Positions 36,553-46,747 of a stretch of 57,458 nt of DNA are shown here, in pieces. This stretch comes from Lysobacteraceae bacterium. GTDB lineage: Bacteria; Pseudomonadota; Gammaproteobacteria; Xanthomonadales; BPKI01. Under the pieces are notes generated by a model, which saw only the letters and a list, made by a program, of their open reading frames with translations, searched no databases and was not told where the DNA came from. The stretch lies in contig DAOMOD010000003.1 in NCBI GenBank assembly GCA_035444205.1, positions 1,503 to 58,960 on the forward strand, given 5' to 3'. Both the position numbers and the translations under genes were made by a program. The stretch's first letter is position 1. Each line of letters starts with the position of its first letter.

Positions 36553-36852
36553 TCAGCGCCCGGGGAGCGGTATGCGCGGCTGTTCGGCATTGCGCCGGTA
36601 GACGGTTGCCATGTGCCCGACCGTCTGCACCACTTCGCTGCCGCTTCGCCCGGCGATCTCGGCGATCATCGCGCGGCGCTGTTCACGGCCATCGGCAGCG
36701 ATCTTCAGCTTGACCAGTTCATGGTGGTCCAGCGCGACCTCGAGTTCGGCCAGCACGGCATCGGTCAGCCCCTTGTCGCCGATCATGACGATGGGGCGCA
36801 GGGCATGCGCGAGACCGCGCAGGTGGCGTTTCTGGTGGGGGCTGAGCGGCAT
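36553..36852 (-). CDS. yhbY: ribosome assembly RNA-binding protein YhbY (CRM domain)
   Basis: MPLSPHQKRHLRGLAHALRPIVMIGDKGLT at ATG 36852. An alternative ATG is at 36891. Confidence 0.88.
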   Translation of the reverse strand: MPLSPHQKRHLRGLAHALRPIVMIGDKGLTDAVLAELEVALDHHELVKLKIAADGREQRRAMIAEIAGRSGSEVVQTVGHMATVYRRNAEQPRIPLPGR

Positions 36853-36921
36853 GCGATGAACAGGTCGGGGCAGGGGCGCAAAGAGTATCATTGCCGGTTC
36901 CCTCCCTGGTGCCGTCCGCCC

Positions 36922-37581
36922 ATGGCCCGAAGCAAGAGCAGCCAGCGCTGGCTCAAGGAGCATTTCAGCGATCCTTTCGTGAAGCGCGCCCAGGCCGAGG
37001 GCTGGCGCTCGCGCGCGGTGTTCAAGCTGGAGGAACTGCTGGGCAAGGACCGCCTGATCCGTCCGGGCATGGTGGTGGTCGATCTCGGCGCCGCGCCGGG
37101 CGGCTGGTCGCAGTTCGTACGCCAGGCCATGGGCGAGCAGGGACGCGTGATCGCGCTCGACATCCTCGATATGCCGCCGGTCGCCGGCGTGGAGTTCATT
37201 CACGGCGATTTCAGGGAGGCCGACGCACTGTCACGCCTCGAGGCCGCGCTTGGCGGCCAGCGCGTCGACCTTGTGCTTTCCGATATGGCCCCCAACATGA
37301 CAGGGTTGGCAGCCGTGGATCGGCCGCGCGGCATGCACCTGGCCGAACTGGCGCGGGATTTCGCCGCCCAGTGGCTGAAACCAGGTGGCGATTTCCTGGT
37401 CAAACTCTTTCAGGGCCCCGGATTCGACGATTACGTCAGGGACTTGCGCCGCGATTATCGGCGTGTTGTGCTGCGGAAACCCAAGGCTTCGCGGGGTCGC
37501 AGCCCCGAGGTGTACGCGGTGGCCATGGACTTTCGCGGTGCCGGCGCACCCTTGCCAGGCGGCTCGGATGCGTCCGCTTGA
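36922..37581 (+). CDS. rlmE: 23S rRNA (uridine2552-2'-O)-methyltransferase
   Basis: MARSKSSQRWLKEHFSDPFVKRAQ and VVDLGAAPGGWSQ. Divergent from yhbY as in other gammaproteobacteria. Confidence 0.93.
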   Translation: MARSKSSQRWLKEHFSDPFVKRAQAEGWRSRAVFKLEELLGKDRLIRPGMVVVDLGAAPGGWSQFVRQAMGEQGRVIALDILDMPPVAGVEFIHGDFREADALSRLEAALGGQRVDLVLSDMAPNMTGLAAVDRPRGMHLAELARDFAAQWLKPGGDFLVKLFQGPGFDDYVRDLRRDYRRVVLRKPKASRGRSPEVYAVAMDFRGAGAPLPGGSDASA

Positions 37582-37632
37582 GGCACAATGATCCATTGAA
37601 CGTAGGCCCGTGAACAACGAATCTCCCCCGAA

Positions 37633-39546
<1,914 letters not shown>

Positions 39547-39553
39547 GCTGGTT

Positions 39554-39588
39554 TAGGGCCTAGGGCTTGGGGCTTAGGGCCTAGGGAG
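39554..39588 (+). repeat. heptanucleotide tandem array (TAGGGCC-like x5), G-tract rich
   Basis: TAGGGCC TAGGGCT TGGGGCT TAGGGCC TAGGGAG begins 8 nt after the ftsH stop. It contains five G3-4 tracts separated by 3-4 nt. Confidence 0.7.
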
Positions 39589-39680
39589 TAAAGCCGGCAA
39601 GTTTGGCGGCCTTGCTTTCGCGGCGCGCGGCGTTTGCCTAAACGCCCGGAGCCGGTGGCAGCGCATCAATCTCGCCGATT

Positions 39681-39701
39681 CTAGGCCCTAGGCCCTAGGC
39701 C
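39681..39701 (-). repeat. heptanucleotide tandem array (TAGGGCC x3 on the minus strand), inverted relative to 39554-39588
   Basis: The plus strand reads CTAGGCC x3. The segment 39685-39697 is the perfect reverse complement of 39554-39566 (13 nt). Confidence 0.7.
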
Positions 39702-39718
39702 CTGATAGGAGCGCACCC

Positions 39719-40621
39719 ATGTTCCCCGACCCCTCCCTCCGCACCCTCGACTGCGCTGGCCGCGTCGTCGTGCTTGACCGGCCGCGCATCATGGGCATCG
39801 TCAACGTCACGCCGGATTCGTTCTCCGATGGCGGGCGGCTGGCGGATGTCGAAGCCGCCGTATCCTTCGGGTTGAAGCTTGTGGAGGAGGGCGCCGATAT
39901 CCTCGACGTGGGGGGCGAGTCGACCCGTCCCGGGGCCGAGCCGGTGTCCGAACAGGAAGAGCTGGACCGGGTGATGCCTGTGATCGAGCGGCTGGCACGG
40001 GAGTGCGAGCTGCCCATCTCGGTCGACACCTCCAAGGCCGCAGTGATGCGTGCCGCGGTGGCCGCCGGCGCCGGGATGGTGAATGACGTCTGCGCCCTGC
40101 GCGGCGAAGGCGCGCTTGACGCAGTGGCCGAGCTCGGCGTGCCGGTTTGCCTGATGCACATGCAGGGCGAACCGCGCAGCATGCAGGAAGCGCCCGACTA
40201 CGACGACGTGGTGGGCGAGGTGCGACGCTTCCTGGCCGAGCGCGTGTTCGCCTGCGAAATGGCGGGGATCGACAAGAAGAAGATCGTCATCGACCCAGGC
40301 TTCGGCTTCGGCAAGACCCTGGAGCACAACCTGGCGCTGCTGGCGCGGCTGGACCAGTTGGCAGAAATCGGCGTGCCGGTGCTGGCCGGCCTTTCGCGCA
40401 AGTCGATGATCGGTGCCATCACCGGCCGCGATAAACCCGACCAGCGTTTGCCCGGGTCGCTGGCCGCCGCAGTGATTGCCGCCCAGCGCGGTGCCCGGCT
40501 GCTGCGGGTCCACGACGTGGCCGCCACCCGCGACGCCGTGGCAGTTCTGGAAGCGGTGCGGCCCTTGTTGCCGAAGGCGCGGAGCGGCGTCGCACCGAAG
40601 GTGGTCTGGGACGAGGATTGA
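39719..40621 (+). CDS. folP: dihydropteroate synthase
   Basis: IMGIVNVTPDSFSDGG and ILDVGGESTRPG motifs. Confidence 0.95.
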   Translation: MFPDPSLRTLDCAGRVVVLDRPRIMGIVNVTPDSFSDGGRLADVEAAVSFGLKLVEEGADILDVGGESTRPGAEPVSEQEELDRVMPVIERLARECELPISVDTSKAAVMRAAVAAGAGMVNDVCALRGEGALDAVAELGVPVCLMHMQGEPRSMQEAPDYDDVVGEVRRFLAERVFACEMAGIDKKKIVIDPGFGFGKTLEHNLALLARLDQLAEIGVPVLAGLSRKSMIGAITGRDKPDQRLPGSLAAAVIAAQRGARLLRVHDVAATRDAVAVLEAVRPLLPKARSGVAPKVVWDED

Positions 40622-40632
40622 TCGGCGCCGCG

Positions 40633-40688
40633 CAGGGCACAGGGCACAGGGCACAGGGCACAGGGCACAGGGCACAGGGCACAAGCCA
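40633..40688 (+). repeat. heptanucleotide tandem repeat (CAGGGCA x7 plus one degenerate unit)
   Basis: Seven perfect units at 40633-40681, then CAAGCCA. It starts 12 nt after the folP stop and ends 68 nt before the next start codon. Confidence 0.9.
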
Positions 40689-40755
40689 CGCCTGTCCGCT
40701 TCTCCCGCCTGATGACGATACCCTCGACAGGTCCGTTCATCGTGGGAGAACCGCC

Positions 40756-41676
40756 ATGCGCATCGATCGTCTGCTTGCGGTGTCGCTACTGCTCGGGATG
40801 ATGTCAAGCGCCGTCGCCTCGGCGCAGGACATCGAGCAGGATGTCGAGCTTGCGAAGAAGCTCGACACCTACATCCGCTGCGCCAATTACCATTCCGAGC
40901 GCATCTTCGACAGCCGCAACCGATACCACTCCTGGGTGGGCAAGCGCGGGCCGACCGGGCGTGAGCGCATCGTCTACGGGCTCTACGAGGTACACAGTCC
41001 TGGCAACTGCCCCAGGAATATCGCCGCGGCGGCAGAGCGCCCGCCGCATCTGGACGATCTGCACGAAGCGGGCGCTGCCTGGGCCGAGGCGCTGCGGACC
41101 GTGCACGGGCTGGTGGTCGAGGCATACCGCTACTACGACATGGAGAACTACAAGGACGACCGCATGAAGCGCGGCAAGGAAATGCACCAGCCGCTGGTCG
41201 ACGCCTTCGATCGATTCGCGGCGGCCGACAAGGCGCTTTCCGAACAGATCAGACTGCATACCGAGGGCCTGCAGACGCGACGGCTGGAGCGTCTTGCGGC
41301 GGATCCCGAGCGTCGCGTCGACTACCTGCTGCTGGCCAGCATGCGCCACGCCCGCGCCGCACTTTCGCTGGCCAAGCCTTCGGGTGACCGCAGTTTCCAA
41401 CGAGACGCTTTCGACGCCGAAGTGGCGCAGTTCGAAACGCTGCTGGCCGAGCTGGAGCAGACCCAGAGGCGCGTCAGCAAGAGCGCGGGCATGAGCGGCT
41501 ATCTGAGCAATGGCAACACCTTCCTGCGTACCGCCAAGACGCTGTCGCGCATGCACAGGGACCGCAAGCGCCACGACACCTTCTTCCTGCCCGAAAGCCC
41601 GGAGCTGGTCGAGGGCCATCCCGGCAAGATGCTGTACGAGTTCAACAGGATGGTGAGCGACTTCAACCGGATCTGA
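40756..41676 (+). CDS. secreted DUF3829 (YiiG-like) family protein
   Basis: ATG 40756 with a GGGAGA RBS. Signal peptide [23 protein letters not shown]. Helical protein with [19 protein letters not shown]-type features recalling DUF3829. The family call is tentative. Confidence 0.65.
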   Translation: MRIDRLLAVSLLLGMMSSAVASAQDIEQDVELAKKLDTYIRCANYHSERIFDSRNRYHSWVGKRGPTGRERIVYGLYEVHSPGNCPRNIAAAAERPPHLDDLHEAGAAWAEALRTVHGLVVEAYRYYDMENYKDDRMKRGKEMHQPLVDAFDRFAAADKALSEQIRLHTEGLQTRRLERLAADPERRVDYLLLASMRHARAALSLAKPSGDRSFQRDAFDAEVAQFETLLAELEQTQRRVSKSAGMSGYLSNGNTFLRTAKTLSRMHRDRKRHDTFFLPESPELVEGHPGKMLYEFNRMVSDFNRI

Positions 41677-41716
41677 ACCTTGCGACTTGCGGACGCCGGG
41701 CGCAACATGCCCGGCC

Positions 41717-43054
41717 ATGAGCGAACGCAAGTATTTCGGCACCGACGGCATCCGCGGCCGGGTCGGCGAATGGCCCATCTCGGCGGATTTCATGCTGCGC
41801 CTCGGCTGGGCGGTGGGCAGGGTCTTGCGGCGGGGCAATGGCGTGCGCGTGCTGATCGGCAAGGACACGCGCATCTCCGGCTACATGTTCGAGTCGGCAT
41901 TGGAGGCAGGGCTGGTCGCCGCCGGAGCAGACGTGCTGCTGCTGGGACCGATGCCGACGCCGGCGGTCGCCTATCTCACGCGATCGCTGCGCGCCAGCGC
42001 CGGCATCGTCATCAGCGCCTCGCACAACCCGCACCAGGACAACGGCATCAAGTTCTTCTCGGCCCAGGGCGAAAAACTCGACGATGCCGTCGAGGGTGCC
42101 ATCGAGGACATGCTCGATACCCCGTTCAGCACCGTGCCGTCGCAGTCGCTCGGCCGGGCGCGGCGGGTGAACGACGCTGCCGCGCGCTATGTGGAATTCT
42201 GCAAGGGCACCGTACCCGACAATCTCAATCTGCGCGGGCTGCGCGTGGTGCTCGATTGTGCGCACGGCGCCACCTACCAGGTGGCGCCACGGCTGTTCGC
42301 CGAGCTGGGTGCTGGCGTGGACGCCATCGGGGTGGAGCCCGACGGGCTCAACATCAATTCCGGCGTGGGTTCCACGCACATCGACGCGCTGGTGCAGCGC
42401 GTGCGCGAGACCGGTGCGGAGCTTGGCATCGCCTTCGATGGCGATGGTGATCGGGTGCTGATGGTCGACGCCGGCGGCGCGCTGCTGGACGGCGACGACC
42501 TGCTCTACATTCTCGCGCGCGACTGGCAGGGCAGTGGTCGCCTGAAAGGACCGGTGGTGGGCACCCTGATGAGCAACTTCGGCCTGGAGCGCAGCCTGCG
42601 CGCCATGGGGATCGGCTTCCAGCGCGCCCGCGTCGGCGACCGTTATGTGCATCAGATGCTGCGCAAGCATGGCGGCGTGCTGGGCGGGGAGACCTCCGGG
42701 CACCTTTTGTGCCTGGACCGCGCCAGCACCGGGGACGGCATCGTATCCGCCCTTCAGGTGCTCGACGCCATGACGCAGTCAGGCGCCAGCCTGGCCGAAC
42801 TTCGCCAGGGCCTGGACAAGGTACCGCAGATCACCCGCAACGTGACCAGCACGCGCAGCCGCGAGGCGGTGGCCAGCGCCGCTGTGCAGGGGGAACTGCG
42901 TGCCGTCGAGAAGGCCCTGGGCGATGGCGGTCGGGTGGTCCTGCGACCGTCCGGCACCGAACCGCTGGTACGTGTGACGGTGGAGACCGACGATGCCGAC
43001 CTGGCCGCCGCGCTGGCCGATCGCTTGGTCGAAGCGGTACGATCCGCAGCCTGA
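41717..43054 (+). CDS. glmM: phosphoglucosamine mutase
   Basis: [14 protein letters not shown] at ATG 41717. Active-site motif [15 protein letters not shown]. Confidence 0.95.
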   Translation: MSERKYFGTDGIRGRVGEWPISADFMLRLGWAVGRVLRRGNGVRVLIGKDTRISGYMFESALEAGLVAAGADVLLLGPMPTPAVAYLTRSLRASAGIVISASHNPHQDNGIKFFSAQGEKLDDAVEGAIEDMLDTPFSTVPSQSLGRARRVNDAAARYVEFCKGTVPDNLNLRGLRVVLDCAHGATYQVAPRLFAELGAGVDAIGVEPDGLNINSGVGSTHIDALVQRVRETGAELGIAFDGDGDRVLMVDAGGALLDGDDLLYILARDWQGSGRLKGPVVGTLMSNFGLERSLRAMGIGFQRARVGDRYVHQMLRKHGGVLGGETSGHLLCLDRASTGDGIVSALQVLDAMTQSGASLAELRQGLDKVPQITRNVTSTRSREAVASAAVQGELRAVEKALGDGGRVVLRPSGTEPLVRVTVETDDADLAAALADRLVEAVRSAA

Positions 43055-43074
43055 GCCTTCCATTCCATCGAGCC

Positions 43075-44022
43075 ATGAACCGACACGTTCCCACCCTCGA
43101 CATCCGTCAGTTCGACGCTGGCGGTTCCGACCGCGACCGGTTCGTGCGCGAGGTCGGTGCCGCCTACCGCGAATACGGCTTCTGTGGCATTCGCGGCCAC
43201 GGCATATCGGCGCAGTTGATCGAGCGGGCCTATGCCTGCTTCCAGGCCTTCTTCGCACTGCCGGAGGAGGTCAAGATGAAGTACCACGTGAAGGGCGGCG
43301 GCGGCGCGCGTGGCTACACGCCGTTCAAGGTGGAGACCGCCAAGGACAGCCAGTACCCCGATCTCAAGGAGTTCTGGCACATCGGCCGCGAGCTGCCGCC
43401 GGACTCGAAGTACGCCGATGTCATGCCGCCCAACCTGTGGCCGGGCGAAGTCGCGGGATTCCGCGAATTCGGCTATGGCCTCTACGAGGCGCTGGACGAC
43501 CTGGGCGCGCGCGTGCTGCGCGCGCTGGCCCTGCACATCGATCTTCCGGAGTACTACTTCGACGACAAGGTCGATTTCGGCAATTCCATCCTGCGTCCGA
43601 TCCACTATCCGCCGATCATGGAAGACGAGATTCCCAATGTGCGCGCCGGCGCCCACGAGGACATCAACTTCATCACCCTGCTGGTGGGCGCCAGCGCAGC
43701 CGGTCTGGAGATCCTCACCCGCGAGGGCACATGGCTGCCGTTCACCACCGAGGGCGACACCATCGTGGTCAACATCGGCGACATGTTGCAGCGCCTGACC
43801 AATCACGTGTATCCGTCCACCACGCACCGCGTGGTCAACCCGCCGGGCGAGGCCGCACGCCAGCCGCGCTATTCGGTGCCGTTCTTTCTGCACCCCAACC
43901 CGGATTTCCTGATCGACACACTGCCCGGATGCGTGTCTGCGGAGAATCCCAACCGCTATCCCGAGCCGATCACGGCGCATGGCTACCTGCAGGAACGCCT
44001 GCGCGAGATCCGGCTGATCTGA
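43075..44022 (+). CDS. 2-oxoglutarate/Fe(II)-dependent oxygenase (isopenicillin N synthase-like family)
   Basis: ATG 43075. HxD...H triad (GAHEDINF ... STTHRV) and RYSVPFF 2OG-binding motif. 315 aa. Confidence 0.85.
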   Translation: MNRHVPTLDIRQFDAGGSDRDRFVREVGAAYREYGFCGIRGHGISAQLIERAYACFQAFFALPEEVKMKYHVKGGGGARGYTPFKVETAKDSQYPDLKEFWHIGRELPPDSKYADVMPPNLWPGEVAGFREFGYGLYEALDDLGARVLRALALHIDLPEYYFDDKVDFGNSILRPIHYPPIMEDEIPNVRAGAHEDINFITLLVGASAAGLEILTREGTWLPFTTEGDTIVVNIGDMLQRLTNHVYPSTTHRVVNPPGEAARQPRYSVPFFLHPNPDFLIDTLPGCVSAENPNRYPEPITAHGYLQERLREIRLI

Positions 44023-44142
44023 CCCGGCCGGCTCTCGGCGCCCTGCAGGTTGCGGGCGTTCCTGCCAGCCGAACCGGCGATTTCGGAATCGATGCGAAGT
44101 TCCGCGAACGTTGAAGTCCGAAGTCCGCCGTTTCATCGGCGC

Positions 44143-46596
44143 ATGCGCTGGCTGCTGCTGCTGGTCGGGCTGTCGGGCACGCTGGCGGAAGGTGCGCAGT
44201 TGCCTGATTTCTCGGTACTGGAGCTTGCGTCGATCGAAGGAAGCGACCGGGCGCAGATCGCAGTGAAGTGGTCGGGCACGTTTCCGGTGTCGCTGGAAGT
44301 AGGCTACGACGATGGTGGAGGGCGCTTCGTGGCGCTCGGCGAGCGGCAGGCGCTTGCAGAGAGCATGAATCTTCTGCCGCGGCCCGCGCTGGACGGGCGG
44401 GACGGATATGTCTGGCGGTTGGTGGATGCGCGCGGCGAGGAGCTGGCGCGTCAAGGTGGCGTCGATGCAGGCCCCGCCTGGCAGCCGGGTTTCGAGTTCG
44501 AGGGTTTCGCGCAGCGCGTGCGTGCCGCCATCGTGTACGACGGCGATCTGATCGTCGGCGGCGATTTCGGCGCCATCGGCAACCAGGCGGTCCATCACAT
44601 CGCCCGCTGGGACGGCAGCGCATGGCATGCCCTGTCCGGCCCGCTCGGCAGCGGCACCAATCACTATGTCTGGACCCTGGCCGTGTACGACGGCGCCCTG
44701 ATTGCGGGCGGGTTCTTCACCGAAGCAGGCGGCGTGAGCGTCCAGCACGTGGCGCGCTGGGACGGCAGCGAGTGGTCGGCGCTGTCGGGGCCGGCGGGCA
44801 TCGGCACCAGCAACGTCGTGCATGCCCTTGCGGTGTACGACGGTGCGCTGGTCGCAGGCGGATGGTTCGTCGAGGCCGGCGGCGTGGAGGTGAACAATGT
44901 CGCGCGCTGGGATGGTGAGGGCTGGTCGGCGCTGTCGAGTGACCTGCGTGACGAGTTGGGCGTGAACAACCCGGTCCACGCGCTGGCGGTGTACGAAGGT
45001 GCCTTGATCGCAGGCGGCTGGTTCACCAGGGCCGGCGGTGTGACTGCCAATCGCATTGCGCGCTGGGACGGCAGCAAGTGGTCGGCGCTGTCCGGGCCTC
45101 TCGAAGCCGGGGTCAATGGCCAGGTCCATGCGCTGGCGGTATTCGATGGTGCGCTGGTCGCGGGCGGCGGCTTCTCGACGGCCGGAGGTGTGGCAGCAGG
45201 CAGGATCGCGCGCTGGGATGGGAGCGCCTGGTCGGCGTTTCCGGGCAGCGGGCTGAACGGTGTGGTCGATGCGTTCACCGTGCATGAGGGCGCGTTGATC
45301 GTGGGCGGGCAGTTCACCTCGGCCGGCGGCGCAACGGCGAATCGGGTCGCCCGCTTCGACGGTGTCTCCTGGTCATCGCTGTCGGGACCCACGGCGGCCG
45401 GGACCAACGATGCGGTATGGGCGTTAACCGGGTACCAGGGCGCATTGATCGCGGCTGGCCGCTTCACCACCGCCGGCGGAGCGATGGCCAACCGCGTCGC
45501 GCGCTGGGATGGGGCGACATGGTCGGCATTGTCTCCCCCTTCGGGGTCGGGGTTGAACCTGACGACCTATGCCCTCGGCCAGTTCGAGGGTTCATTGATC
45601 GCGGGCGGCAGTTTCGTCACAGCGGGCGGCGCGACGATGAACCGGATTGCGCGCTGGAACGGGCGCACCTGGTCGGCGTTGTCGGGGCCGTCCGGGAGCG
45701 GCCTGGATGGGACCGTGCATGCCGTCGCCGTGTATCAGGGCGCGCTGGTGGTCGGCGGTACATTCACCAAGGCGGGCGGGGTGACGGTGAACCGCATTGC
45801 GCGCTGGGACGGAAACACCTGGTCGGCGTTCGCGCCGGAATCGGGGGCGGGCGTCAACGGGCCTGTCCTTGCGTTTGCCCTGTATGAGGATTCGCTGATC
45901 GTCGGCGGTTCGTTCACCACGGCCGGCCGGGTGACGGTGAACCGCATCGCGCGTTGGGACGGTACCGACTGGTCGGCACTTTCCGGGCCATCGGGCAATG
46001 GCATGAGCGGCACCGTCCTGGCCCTGACCGTGCACCAGAACCACCTGTTCGCGGGGGGCAGCTTCTCCATCGCGGGCGGGGTGATCGTGAACCGCGTCGC
46101 ACGTTGGGACGGCCTCGGATGGTCGCCGCTGTCCGGGCCTTTCGAGACCGGCGTGGGCAGTGTGGTGTATGCGCTTGTTGAGCACGAAAACACGCTGATC
46201 GCCGGCGGCGGCTTCGGATCCGCCGGCGGTGTGGCGGTCGGTGGCATTGCGCGCTGGGACGGCAGCGCCTGGTCGGGGCTGTCCGGGCCGTCGGGCACCG
46301 GCGTCAACGGCATCGTCCATGCCCTTGCAACACGCCAGGGTGCGTTGATCGCCGGCGGCGAGTTCACCGAGGCCGGTGGTGCGGCTGCGCGCTTCATCGC
46401 GAGCTGGGACGGAAGAGGCTGGTCGGCGCTGGCCCAGCCGTCGGCGAACGGGATGAACGGCACCGTGTGGGCCCTGTCCGAGCACGACGGACTGCTGGTC
46501 GCCGGTGGCGACTTCGACCTGGCAGGTGGGATTCCGAGCGCGCGCATTGCGGCCTACGGTGTCGGCCATGGGATCTTTGCGGACGGTTTCGAATGA
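44143..46596 (+). CDS. secreted repeat protein: N-terminal ~110-aa domain plus 13-14 Kelch-like beta-propeller blades, C-terminal FADGFE
   Basis: ATG 44143 gives the signal peptide MRWLLLLVGLSGTLAEGA. There are 13 copies of the ARWDG-x2-WSAL motif and 14 copies of the (A/V)GGxF motif at a 47-48-aa period. The protein ends GIFADGFE followed by the stop. Confidence 0.85.
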   Translation: MRWLLLLVGLSGTLAEGAQLPDFSVLELASIEGSDRAQIAVKWSGTFPVSLEVGYDDGGGRFVALGERQALAESMNLLPRPALDGRDGYVWRLVDARGEELARQGGVDAGPAWQPGFEFEGFAQRVRAAIVYDGDLIVGGDFGAIGNQAVHHIARWDGSAWHALSGPLGSGTNHYVWTLAVYDGALIAGGFFTEAGGVSVQHVARWDGSEWSALSGPAGIGTSNVVHALAVYDGALVAGGWFVEAGGVEVNNVARWDGEGWSALSSDLRDELGVNNPVHALAVYEGALIAGGWFTRAGGVTANRIARWDGSKWSALSGPLEAGVNGQVHALAVFDGALVAGGGFSTAGGVAAGRIARWDGSAWSAFPGSGLNGVVDAFTVHEGALIVGGQFTSAGGATANRVARFDGVSWSSLSGPTAAGTNDAVWALTGYQGALIAAGRFTTAGGAMANRVARWDGATWSALSPPSGSGLNLTTYALGQFEGSLIAGGSFVTAGGATMNRIARWNGRTWSALSGPSGSGLDGTVHAVAVYQGALVVGGTFTKAGGVTVNRIARWDGNTWSAFAPESGAGVNGPVLAFALYEDSLIVGGSFTTAGRVTVNRIARWDGTDWSALSGPSGNGMSGTVLALTVHQNHLFAGGSFSIAGGVIVNRVARWDGLGWSPLSGPFETGVGSVVYALVEHENTLIAGGGFGSAGGVAVGGIARWDGSAWSGLSGPSGTGVNGIVHALATRQGALIAGGEFTEAGGAAARFIASWDGRGWSALAQPSANGMNGTVWALSEHDGLLVAGGDFDLAGGIPSARIAAYGVGHGIFADGFE
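44512..46560 (+). repeat. intragenic tandem repeats (~141-144 nt period) encoding the propeller blades
   Basis: The periodic consensus VHALAVYDGALIAGGxFTxAGGVxxNRIARWDGSxWSALSGPxGxG was read from the translation. Confidence 0.85.
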
Positions 46597-46747
46597 TCGC
46601 AACCTCCCGGTCCTCCTTCGTCCCGGACTGAGGGTCCGCAACGGAGCACGGCGTGTGCAGCGCAACCCGGGTACTCGCCCTGCCCATTGGCCTTGTCCCC
46701 GTTCGGGTTGGTAGCATGCTTCCGGTATCCACCGGGGGGTCGATATC

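Noticed and set aside
39554-40688. Heptamer arrays considered as a CRISPR array or a telomere-like element
   Set aside because: The units are 7 nt and directly tandem, with no spacers, and no cas genes are present. The TTAGGG resemblance is short, lies inside a circular-chromosome-type housekeeping operon, and is probably coincidental.
40618-40755. TTG-initiated N-terminal extension of the DUF3829 ORF that translates through the heptamer array (GTGHRAQ repeats)
   Set aside because: The extension has no RBS. It places a repeat-encoded peptide ahead of an obvious signal peptide that begins at ATG 40756, which has a GGGAGA RBS. The array is better read as non-coding.
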